Source: Octopus sinensis
Taxonomy: Eukaryota
Assembly (NCBI RefSeq): GCF_006345805.1
Contig: NC_043018.1
Coordinates: 26,288,001 to 26,352,000 of the forward strand
DNA length: 64,000 nt
Direction: 5' to 3'
The notes under the pieces were generated by a model, which made no database searches, was not told where the DNA came from, and saw only the letters and a program-made list of their open reading frames with translations. The translations under genes and the position numbers were made by a program. This document shows positions 50,293 through 60,847 of this stretch, one piece after another (position 1 is the stretch's first letter; each line of letters starts with the position of its first letter).

Positions 50293-50414
50293 CGAACCAT
50301 CCAACCCATGCCAGCATGGAAAATGGACATTAAACAGTGATGATGATGATGACAACCAGATATTCATTCTTTTCCCTTGTGGTTCTTGATGCCAACCTGT
50401 CTCCAGACTCTTAG

Positions 50415-50431
50415 GCTAAATCCGCTCTTTG
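50415..50431 (+). CDS. Candidate microexon (17 nt AKSAL[W], or 25 nt TLRLNPLF from the acceptor at 50406)
   Basis: Strong donor TTG|GTGAGT at 50432. Two tandem acceptors, CTCCAG and CTCTTAG. Both frames are open in phase 0 after exon 47309-47501. Confidence 0.35.
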
Positions 50432-50961
50432 GTGAGTGTCATGTTTCGACAAGACAGTCCACAAATAACAATGATATTGTTGATACTGAACTTTCCATGG
50501 ATATCTCATGTTGAAGTCTTGTATACTGGTCTGTGTTTGTCAAGAAATTCATTTCAGAATTATATCAATGTAGATATAACGAAGAGCGAACCTATATGTA
50601 GCTTGGAATATAAACAAATTGATGTATGTAGGAAGGGCAGTAGCTAGCAGTCATAGTTGTTTAGTCCCAGGTTAGCTCTGACTGGACAGATCTATGATCA
50701 AAGGCATTCCAACCATGTGTATGGAACCCAGAACTGCTTTTGGACAAGTCATTTTTTTTTATAATGATAGAGTGTGATTTGAGGGGGATTTCTCTACTAT
50801 TTTGAGTAGCAACATAGAAGCTCCCTCATTTGCTTACAGGAAAAGATGTTTGGAAGAAGAATGCAATTATCTAATGAATTGGGAGGAAGAAATTCAGATT
50901 TATGCTCGTTAGAATATGAGAATGCCATTAAACATTTTATCTGATATGTTAACCCACTGCC

Positions 50962-51001
<40 letters not shown>

Positions 51002-51307
51002 CAATAATAATGATAATAATAATAATAATAATTATTATTATTATGATAATAATGATGATAATAATAATAATAATAGTGCTCATGGGAACTGCTCATATCC
51101 TACGCAAAATACTTTCTATGTAATCTCAAGTTTTAAAACAAACATGCTTTTCGTTTTTTTTGACATTCACTAGTACAACACTAAATACAAAACCAAATAT
51201 ATGGCACACTAGGCATAACATCACGAACTTCCAGCCTGTTGTCTCTTGAGGTCTCTGGGTGAGACTTGGAGCTAACTTGTACAAATATAAAGCAAAAGTC
51301 AAACATA

Positions 51308-51358
<51 letters not shown>

Positions 51359-51799
51359 TGATGATGATAATAATCCTTTCTACATGGCCTGAAATTTGTT
51401 GGGTCATGGTTAGCTGGTTACATCAACCTCAGTGTTTAACTGGTACATATTTTATGGACTCTGAAAGGATAAAAAATGGCAAAGTTGACCTTGATGGAAT
51501 TTGAACCCATGACATAAAGATGGCTGAAATGGCGCTATACATTTTGCCAGGTGTGCTAACCAATCTGCCAGCTCACTACCTTACAAGCCAGGATAATTAT
51601 TGCAAAGGCATTTTTTCCTGTTTTGCAATGATTTGGCCAGCTCACTGCCTTTAAAAATAATAGAAGTAGTTGTAGTAATAATAATAATAATAATAATAAT
51701 ATTAATAATAATAATAATAATGATTATAATTATAATATCACTGTTGAAATAATAATAACATTTTGGTTATTGATGCAAGGATTATCTGATAAATAGCAG

Positions 51800-52030
51800 G
51801 CATGAACCAGTTTAATGAGGCGCTAAGTGAGGAATATGCAAAACATTACTTGACAAGGATATACCATTATTGCAGAAGAAGAATTTACTGCTAATTTGGG
51901 GAAACATCAAAGCAAATGTTCTGGTGCTTTATGGCAGCTATTGTCAATGTCTCTAAGGAGTGAAGTGGGGAAGCAAAGTTCCTTTGAGTTCTGCAATGGA
52001 AATGTATTTACCAATCTGTAAAATAAAATT
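51800..52030 (+). pseudogene. Possible decayed LINE APE-endonuclease fragment
   Basis: IIAEEEFTANLG and EFCNGN resemble the APE motifs II.GDFNA.LG and EFC..N.L, with frameshifts. Weak. Confidence 0.3.
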
Positions 52031-52092
52031 TCTGGAAGCTTTATCAGGCATTTAACCATGCAAGATAATCAGGTGTGACAGCGAGAGAGAGA

Positions 52093-52123
<31 letters not shown>

Positions 52124-52627
52124 CTGATATTGACTTAGTTGCATGTGATGTGTGGAAGGAGACAAACAAATGATTATGATTGTTGAGATGCTTAATTTAG
52201 TGAAATTGTTTTATGGAATGTATATCAGGTAGTCAAAGAAATATTGAAACTACCATTTGATGGTGGATTGGCAGAGTTGTAGGAATATCAGACAAAATGC
52301 TTTATGGCAAGGGTCCCTAACCACTGAGCTGCAGACCAGCACAAGTCCATGTATCATTTGGTGCCAGGTTACGCAGAAAGAATAAAATTTGAAATTTAAT
52401 TTCTGTTTTATTGACTATCACAGCCTGCAAAGTGTTTTTGCATTAAGTGTCTTCTACTGCCTTTGGCAGATCAAAATGGATTTGCTAGATGGAAACTGAA
52501 AGAAGCCTGTCGTGTGTGTGTGTATGCGTCTTTGTGTTTGTCCACCACCACAGCTTGACAACCAGTGTTGGTGTGTTTATGTCCCCTTAACTTCAGCAAA
52601 AGTGACCACGAAAATAAGTACTGTGAT

Positions 52628-52940
52628 TGATTCATTTAACTAAAAAACGTGCAAGTGGCTGAGCACTCCACAGACACATGTACCCTTAAAGTAGTTCTCA
52701 GGGGAGATTCAGCATGACACAGAGTGTGACAAGGCTGGTCCTTTGAAATACCGGTACAGAAGAAAGAGTGAGAGAAAGTTGTGGTGAAAGAGTACTGTAG
52801 GGTTCACCACCACACTCTTCCGGAGCCTCGTGGAGCTTTTAAGTGTTTTCGCTCAATAAACCCTCACAACACCTGATCTGGGAATTGAAGCCACAATCCT
52901 ATGACCGTGAGTCCACTGCCCTAACCACTTGGCCATTGTG
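52628..52940 (-). mobile_element. tRNA-headed SINE with a third type of tail
   Basis: Same head as 59467-59770 up to CTCTTTCTTCTGT, then the tail ACCGGTATTTCAAAGGACCAGCCTTGTCACACTCTGTG, which is also seen at 3615-3750. Confidence 0.7.
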
Positions 52941-53289
52941 AGTACAAGATGGCTTCTGTCTGGTGAAGATATTTGACATGCTGGCTGATTAGGGAATTTC
53001 TGATTTCCTAATTGTTGCTCGTTAGCCGCTGTTGTGAATGGCTGGATCTCATTCTGTTCGCTTAGATAATAGAAAATTGGCAGTAGTTCAGCATGGTTCC
53101 CTAACCAGCTAGGATCCCCACTGCAGGGAGAATGTCCTTTGCCTTCATCTCCCCTGGATTTCTTTATTTCCCTGTAGAAGCTGCTGTCTCGTTTTATGGC
53201 TGAAGCAATTACCTAACGAGGCAGCGGGCAACATGTTCGTGTCATTAATGGTGAAGATAAGGTTATGGATGCTGTTTGCATGGTACCTC

Positions 53290-53379
53290 TGTCTCTCTCT
53301 CTATCTATATATCTCTTTCCTCTCTCTCTCTCTCTCTCTCTCTAATTCTCTATCTCTATCTACTTCTCTATCTCTCTCT

Positions 53380-53435
<56 letters not shown>

Positions 53436-53680
53436 GTCTATGCCTTCCTGACAGACCCCATCTACCTATATCTCTCCCATTCCTCTCACTACCCACTCTC
53501 TTCCTCTACTTCTCTCTCTTCTCTTTCTCCCTTTACCTGTCTCTCTCCTACCTCCTATTTACCTTTCTCTCTCTACTCTTCCTCTCTCTCTCCATCTACC
53601 TCCTTCTATCTCTCTCCTTCTACCTCCTCTGCTCTCTCTCTCTCCTTCTACCTCTCTCTCTTACCTCCCTCTCCTATTCA
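53290..53680. repeat. (CT)n-rich polypyrimidine tract
   Basis: Read directly. Confidence 0.95.
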
Positions 53681-54106
53681 TCAGCACCATTAACGACAGA
53701 ACATTTCCATACCTCTTACCATTACTCTCTTGATTACCTTCCAAGTATAATCATTTAACCGTTTCCTTTGCTTCTACTGTTCTGAGCTTTCTGTCTTAGT
53801 GCTAGTATTGATCCAGGGGCCCAGTGTTGTGGAACTCTGACAAGAGACTGTGGTATACTCAACCATTTAACATCATAATTCAACAAATCATTCATTCTGT
53901 TGATCAAACAACTAGAACATTGTTACTTTTCACTCACATATGTAGGTGCAGGAGTGGCTGTGTGGTAAGTAGCTTGCTTACCAACCACATGGTTCTGGGT
54001 TCAGTCCCACTGCGTGGCACCTTGGACAAGTGTCTTCTACTATAGCCTTGGCCTGACCAAAGCCTTATGAGTGGATTTGGTTGTCAGAAGCTGAAAGAAG
54101 CCCGTT

Positions 54107-54144
<38 letters not shown>

Positions 54145-54239
54145 ATATATATATATATTACGTATGTATATATGTATGTATATATATGTATGTATGTATA
54201 TATGTATATGTATGTATATATATCTATGTATATAGTATG

Positions 54240-54270
<31 letters not shown>

Positions 54271-54275
54271 GTACG

Positions 54276-54306
<31 letters not shown>

Positions 54307-54527
54307 GTGTATATATATATATATGTATACGTATGTATATATATATGTATGTATATATATGTGTATATATATATATATGTATACGTATGTATATATATAT
54401 GTGTGTGTTTGTGTGTGTGTGTATGTACATATATATATGTAGTTGAAATTTCCAAAAAACAAAAGATGAAGACTGGTGTATGAACTACAAGAAGATGTAT
54501 TAGTTTGACACTTGGGAAAGTGAAAAG

Positions 54528-54565
54528 GTGTTTTACATTTCGAGCCTATGCTCTTCAGCAGAAAG
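54528..54565 (-). ncRNA. Hammerhead-like motif, family 2 (degenerate)
   Basis: CTTT CTGCTGA A GAGC atag GCTC GAAAT GT A AAAC, inserted in the microsatellite of a CORE-type SINE (53945-54840). Confidence 0.4.
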
Positions 54566-55286
54566 GAATAAGAGAAAATAAAGAGAGAGAGAATAAAAAT
54601 CTTGTCGATTTAGCATATATATATATAAATATATCTGTGTGTGTGTATATCTTTGTATTTGTGTTTGTCTCCTTGACAGCCAGTGTTGGTGTGTTTACAT
54701 CCTAGTAATGTAGCAATTCAGCAAAATATACTGGTGTTGATTTATTTGACTGTAAAAAGAATTTTTGAAGGCAGTGCCCCAGCATGGCCACAGTCTAATG
54801 ACTGAAACACGTAAAAGGTAAAAAGTAAAAAAAAGTAAAGATACAAATTCAGTTTAACAATCGAAGACTTTCTAAGATACATGTTGAGACGCCAAGACCT
54901 TCAAGATGGATTGCTGAAACACACTAATTATTAACAGTAATTACTCACATAACTAATCAGATGATGCAGGAAATTGTTATCTCTGTTTTCATTAAAAACA
55001 AAAAATTCTTAAAACTCAATTTTTTTCTTGTTTCTTTTTGTTTGTAACGAGAGCTTCCCACACACGTTTGTCAGCATATAGAACTCAAAGATAGTCACAT
55101 AACATTTAAATATATTAAAAAATGTCTCATACATGCAAAGATTTTTTTTTTTAAATTATATCTTGTTTTCCAAGAATATTTTAAAACTATTATTTTAATT
55201 TTTTTCATAACTCCTTTCTGTTTCTTTTGATTTTTTCTTTCTTTATTTAATATTTTATTTTATTTTTTTTTAAACTTTTGTTTTAG

Positions 55287-55301
55287 AGAGAAGAAAACCG
55301 A
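55287..55301 (+). CDS. Candidate 15-nt microexon AGAGAAGAAAACCGA
   Basis: ~90-nt U-rich tract, acceptor TTTTGTTTTAG, donor CGA|GTAAGC. The length is a multiple of 3 and all three frames are open. Confidence 0.35.
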
Positions 55302-55454
55302 GTAAGCAATATTTTTTTTTCTGAAAACAACATTTTAATTACAGTTGCTCCTCTGTTTCCAATTTTAAATATAGCTTGTTTTATATGTGTAGGTGTGTGT
55401 ATTCATATATTTATAGTTCAGGTGTGTGCATACATGCGTGGGTAGTATGTGTGC

Positions 55455-55504
<50 letters not shown>

Positions 55505-56138
55505 GTGTGTGTGTGTGTGTGTGTGTATGTGTGTGTGTGTATATATTTGTGTGTATGTATATGTATGTATGTATATATATATATATATATATATATGCAG
55601 ATACCTATATATATATGTATTTATATATATGTATATATATATATATAATATATATTATATGTCATGGATTTATAAATTTTCAGAAGAATGTAAAATAATT
55701 CTTTTTTGGAACAGTGGATCTTGAAGTGCATACAGCTATAAATAACAGCATGTAAATATTGGGTTGAAAAATCCCTTACGGGTTCAATCCCACATTTCCT
55801 GTCAGATGTCCTACCATTGGACCAAAGCATTCCTCTGAATTTCTCTATCCATTTTAGAAACTTTGTTTTTACCAGCTGGAGTTGTATGTTGTTGACCCAT
55901 CGACAGGAAATGCGTGTTTCAGTCCCACGGGTGGCCTTTGACCTTTTTCTGTCCAAAAAGGTTTCTCAACCTTGTATTTACATTTCATGCTGTTATTTAA
56001 ATTTTTATGCGCATTGAGATCCACTCTTCCAAAAAAGAAATACATTGGTGTGTGTGTGTATGTGTGTGTGTGTGTGTGTATGTACACATTGAAATAGATA
56101 TGTACTTTAATAAAGTAGCAGCATATTATTATTATATA

Positions 56139-56199
<61 letters not shown>

Positions 56200-56298
56200 T
56201 ATATATATATGTATATATAGAGGTTAATGTATATATATGCATATTTATATATACACGCATATATAAATATACATATCTATAACACCACACATATATAT

Positions 56299-56347
<49 letters not shown>

Positions 56348-59300
56348 TATATACATATATTTACACACATATATATGCATATATATATATATATATACAC
56401 ATACACTCACACACACACACATATACTTTTCCGCTTTTAATATGTCGAAATGTTATAGTCTAATTAACAATAATTACGTTTTTTCTAAATAAATAAATAA
56501 ATATATCGGACCATCTTTTCTATACAGTCAGTAAATAATTCCAACCATCTTTTCTAAATAATAAATAATATAAATTCAATCATCATTTCTAAATAATAAA
56601 TGAATATATTCAAGCAACTTTTCTAAATGGTATCTAATAGATACAGGAGCAACTGGTTAGTCTAGCATAAACCTTGATTTGATCCCTGTTTCAAGAATAT
56701 GATTCAAAAGTTATTCTTTTCTTCTTTTGCTCTTTGTTTTAGTGTGAAGAAATATGAGTATGCAATTTTCTAAATGATTTCATTACTCTTTCTTCCTACC
56801 ACCACCATCTACACCACACCACCTCATTACCAATTATAGCCTAGCTAGGTTTTATGTATATTTGAGTTCAATTTTTACTTGAGATTTTTTTTATTTATTT
56901 CCCTATTTATATATTTATCTGTTGTTATCACTGATATATATTTAAACTATAGTAATCACATTAGGTGTCAGGCTTTTATGGAAAGTAAAGGATTGTAAAG
57001 CAACTTATAGGTTTAACTTAATATGGCTTGATCCCTGCTTCGAATAGCTTCCATTTATAGCTCATTGCTTTTACGTACCCTGTCAGTTATTCTTGTAATC
57101 CTTTCACTAACTATTTAGATAATAAAATGTAGTGATACAAATCTTCACAATAAATTTTCCCGTTAGATTTGTCGTTTGCTGCACTGCAAGGAAAGGGAAG
57201 GGATGTTCCGACGTGAATGAAATAGTCAAGGAGATTCCTGTCTTTTTTCATTCTCCGTTATAGCATGTCATTTAGTGGCAGAGATGTATAGGATATATTT
57301 CAAACAGTCAGAGTAATATTGGTTGAAGAGTGGGGGGGGGACAAAAAAAAACCGGCAAGAAAAATAAATAAAACAAAAATACACACATTTGGTATGCCAT
57401 CACACGTTAAATGGAATTCAACTGTTGACATGCTGTCTATAGCTGTTTAGGGAAATAGAAGGAGGGAAAATCTTTGATTTGCAGCTACCATAATCTTTTA
57501 GATGAATATAAAGCCATGCGAGAGAGAGACAATAAAAAAGCTGAGATAATCCTTGTGATTGAATTTGCTAATATTGCATATTATTTTACCTTAAGTTTTG
57601 GTCGACATTCTAACCTCAGCTGGTGTTCTAAATATAACAGAAGTATTCAATTTAGTCTAATTGAATGAGAATTAAAATGGTTTTCTGTTTTTTTTTTCTT
57701 TCGGATTACATCCTAATATCTGTGCATATGTGTCCTTAGGTGATGGGTTACTAGAAACAAAGGCTCATTGAGTGCTACATTAAATATATTAGCTAATGAA
57801 CAGGGAACCAGTGATGGGAAAGACAAAAGAAGCTCAGAATATTTTGAATTTTATACTAAGCCGAAGAGTGAATGAGTGGGTGTGTATATTATTTTTGTTA
57901 GATGATAACTGAGAGTTCAGATTGATGGAAGTGGCTTTAATGTTGATTTTAGGAAGAAACGGAACAAAAAGGTTTGTGGAGTATAGGTACAGAGAAGAGA
58001 TACAATATGGAGTAAACAATAAAAAAAAATTGAAAAAAAAAACCCCAACAACTTTGGAATGAATATTGTTCTTAGATGAGCAGATCAAATCACTTAGTAA
58101 AATTGCAATTGTGCAAATCTAAGTCTGATGTATCTGTTAGTTCTTGGATATTATGCTAAAACTGATTAAACAAGTGTCTCTAAAGAGTATGGATTTGGGC
58201 ATAAAGATCTTGTATTAATAAGATATAAAGTTTTATCTGACATCAATACATTTTAGAAGGTCATATATATATACATACATGCACACATACATATATGTAT
58301 ATATATATATGTGTGTGTGTATATGTATAAAGGGCAAACATGTGCAAGATGATGGTATGCCAGAGGACACGTGAGAAACTCAAAGATTCAGTACAGAATT
58401 GGAAAATAATAAATGTTAATATTACAATTTAGTTATATTATCATTCTAGCTGATATCATGGTGAAAATAATTAAACTGACAATAGCAGTAGTATATAAAT
58501 AAAGTTTAATATTCTTGGTTCAAACTCACCCAGGTCAACCAGGGACGATTACCTTAATGCGGTGAGCTGGCAGAATCTTTAACATGCTGGGCAAAATGCT
58601 TAACAGCATTTTTGTCTGTCTTTACATTCTGAGTTCAAATTCCACTGAGGTCAGCTTTGCCTTTCATCCTTTTGGGCTTGATAAAATAAGTACCAGTTGA
58701 ATACTGGGGTTGATGTAATTGACTTAACCTCTCTCCCAAACTTGCATCAGGATTTGAAACCAACGTTTAATATTCTTGCAGTTTTGGATTTCATGTGTAA
58801 AGATTCTTTTATTTCTCAAAAATACCTAGAAAATACCATAGTTTTTGTATACTTTCAATGTCTCCAAGATATCAAACACCTGCATAGTCTGCAGGTCATT
58901 AATTGATTATTGGTTGGTCTCTATTGTTCCATTTGCACCAAGAGTTGTGTAGTCGTCTCTGCTTTGTAAAAAATGTTTGGAAAACATATTAGAAATAAAA
59001 ACTAATTCCCAAACTCCCAAACCATTTTCTTCCTTACTTAGTTTTTTTTTTGTCTTTTTTTTTTTGCTTGAAATTAACAAAAACATAATGTTTCTTTCAG
59101 AATCTGTTTTGTTTTATATTGTGGATTATTTATTATGAGATTTGTTTGTAAAATGCATATCAGTGTCAGCACTCACAGAGAAAACTGCTATTTTGTATGA
59201 TTAAACATGCGGAATATCTTATCAAACTTTGATGATGTTGTACAGTTGTAGATTAACATTCACTGATTTAAAATTCAGATCGATCAATCAACCAATCAAT

Positions 59301-59466
59301 CTACCTGTCTGTCTGTATACAAACCCACAGCTTTTTGATCGGCAACTAGCTTGATGAGTGCCAATGCCTGCTAAATATTAATAAAAATATATTTTAAGTT
59401 CTATTTTTTCTATTTGCATCACCATACCTGTGTGCATATATATATATTTACATATACATATATTAA

Positions 59467-59770
59467 TATCACCGTGACCGACCAGGTTATCAGATGTTGC
59501 TACACATCGCTGGTCACAATGCGCTTTGCATTGTTTTAGCCTTCAAATGATGCCACCCTGCTGGCTAAGCGAGCAGGCCAACAGAAGAAAGAGTGAGAGA
59601 AAGTTGTGGCAAAAGAGTACAGCAGGGATCACCACCAGCCCCCTGCCGGAGCATCGTGGAGCTTTAGGTGTTTTCGCTCAATAAACACTCACAACGCCCA
59701 GTCTGGGAATCGAAACTGTGATCCTACGACCACGAGTCCGCTGCCCTAACCACTGGGCCATTGTGCCTCC
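59467..59770 (-). mobile_element. tRNA-headed SINE, second tail type
   Basis: GGAGGCACAATGGCCCAGTGGTTAGGGC...TTTCGATTCCC head, GCCACAACTTTCTCTCACTCTTTC body, tail ending CCTGGTCGGTCACGGTGATA. Confidence 0.8.
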
Positions 59771-60229
59771 ACATATATATCAAAATATATATATATATAT
59801 ATATTTTTTTATATCATGTGACTGAACAGGTTATCAGATGTTATTGCACATTGCTGATCACAATGCGTTTTTTTTGCATTCTTTTAGCCTCTAAATGATG
59901 CCACCCCACTGGCTGGGTGAGCAGGCCAACATTTCCCCCTGATCAAAAGGAGTGCTGGAACAACATGAAATGAAGTGTTTTACTCAAGAACAAAACGCGC
60001 TGCCCAATCAGGGAATTGAACCCATGATCTAGTGATCGCAAGTGCAACAGCCTAACCACTAGGCCACACACCTTCACCATATATATATATATATCTGCCA
60101 GATCAAGATTGGCACCTGGTGCAGCCATCTGGCTCGCCAGCCCTCAGTCAAAATCGTCCAACCCATGCTAGCATGGAAAGCAGACGATAAACGGTGATGA
60201 TGATGATGATGATATATATATGTTTCATC

Positions 60230-60625
60230 ATCATCTTCAGTTAACTTCCTTTTATTATGCTGTAATGGGTTGGACAGCTTAATACAAACTGGCAAGGGGC
60301 TACACCAGGTTCCATCGTCTGTTTTGGCTTGGGTTTTGCAACTGGATGCCCTTCCCAAATTCATCCACTGTACAGAGTGTACTTGGTGCTTTTTAAGTGG
60401 TGCCATCATCAGTGCTTTCTACATGGCACCAGCATGAGTGCTTCTTACATGGCACCTTGATTTTAGGATTTTAATTCTATATTGTTGGGCAGGTCTTCTT
60501 GAGTATAGCAATGTGCCACATATTTCAGTTCTCTGTCATCTCCTTCATAACTCTCAGCGTTTTAAGATTGGCCTTAAATACTTCATTCTATGTCTTCCTG
60601 AGCCTACTTCTTCCACAACTTAAAT
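60230..60625 (-). mobile_element. RTE LINE 3' end linking the ORF2 C-terminus to the abundant 3'UTR family
   Basis: The minus strand reads CGRSRLRKT*NEVFKANLKTLRVMKEMTEN*NMWHIAILKKT (RTE pattern GRPRKTW...DR..W). It is followed by GGTGCCATGTAAGAAGCAC repeats and the GGAAGGGCATCCAG...GATGATGA UTR. Confidence 0.7.
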
Positions 60626-60720
60626 GTATATATATATATATATATATATGACTTTTTTGCGTAATGAGATAAAAAAAAAAACCAAGGCTGTGTAGATATT
60701 AGAACATTTATAGATAGAAG

Positions 60721-60772
60721 GTCTTACAGATGTTTCCAGGATATTTATTAATTATATCCCTTCATTGGAGAT
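60721..60772 (-). ncRNA. Degenerate hammerhead-like motif, family 4
   Basis: ATCT CCAATGA A GGGATAT aattaataa ATATCCT g GAAACA TC TGT A AGAC: 7-bp stem II, near-palindromic stem III, core altered to CCAATGA. Confidence 0.35.
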
Positions 60773-60798
60773 GGTGTAAGAGGATGGTTAAGTAATAG

Positions 60799-60847
<49 letters not shown>

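Noticed and set aside
52310-52440. Possible hAT/Charlie 5' end (CAAGGGTCCCTAACC)
   Set aside because: No matching second TIR or TSD found.
1841-56463. Dozens of ORFs rich in YI, CV, HT, LS, poly-L, poly-I or poly-N
   Set aside because: They are translations of TA, TG, CA, CT and AAT microsatellites, not genes.
57745-57875. Protein-like frame GSLSATLNILANEQGTSDGKDKRSSEYFEFYTKPK
   Set aside because: The good acceptor (57740) gives stops in all phases, and the alternative splice sites are weak.
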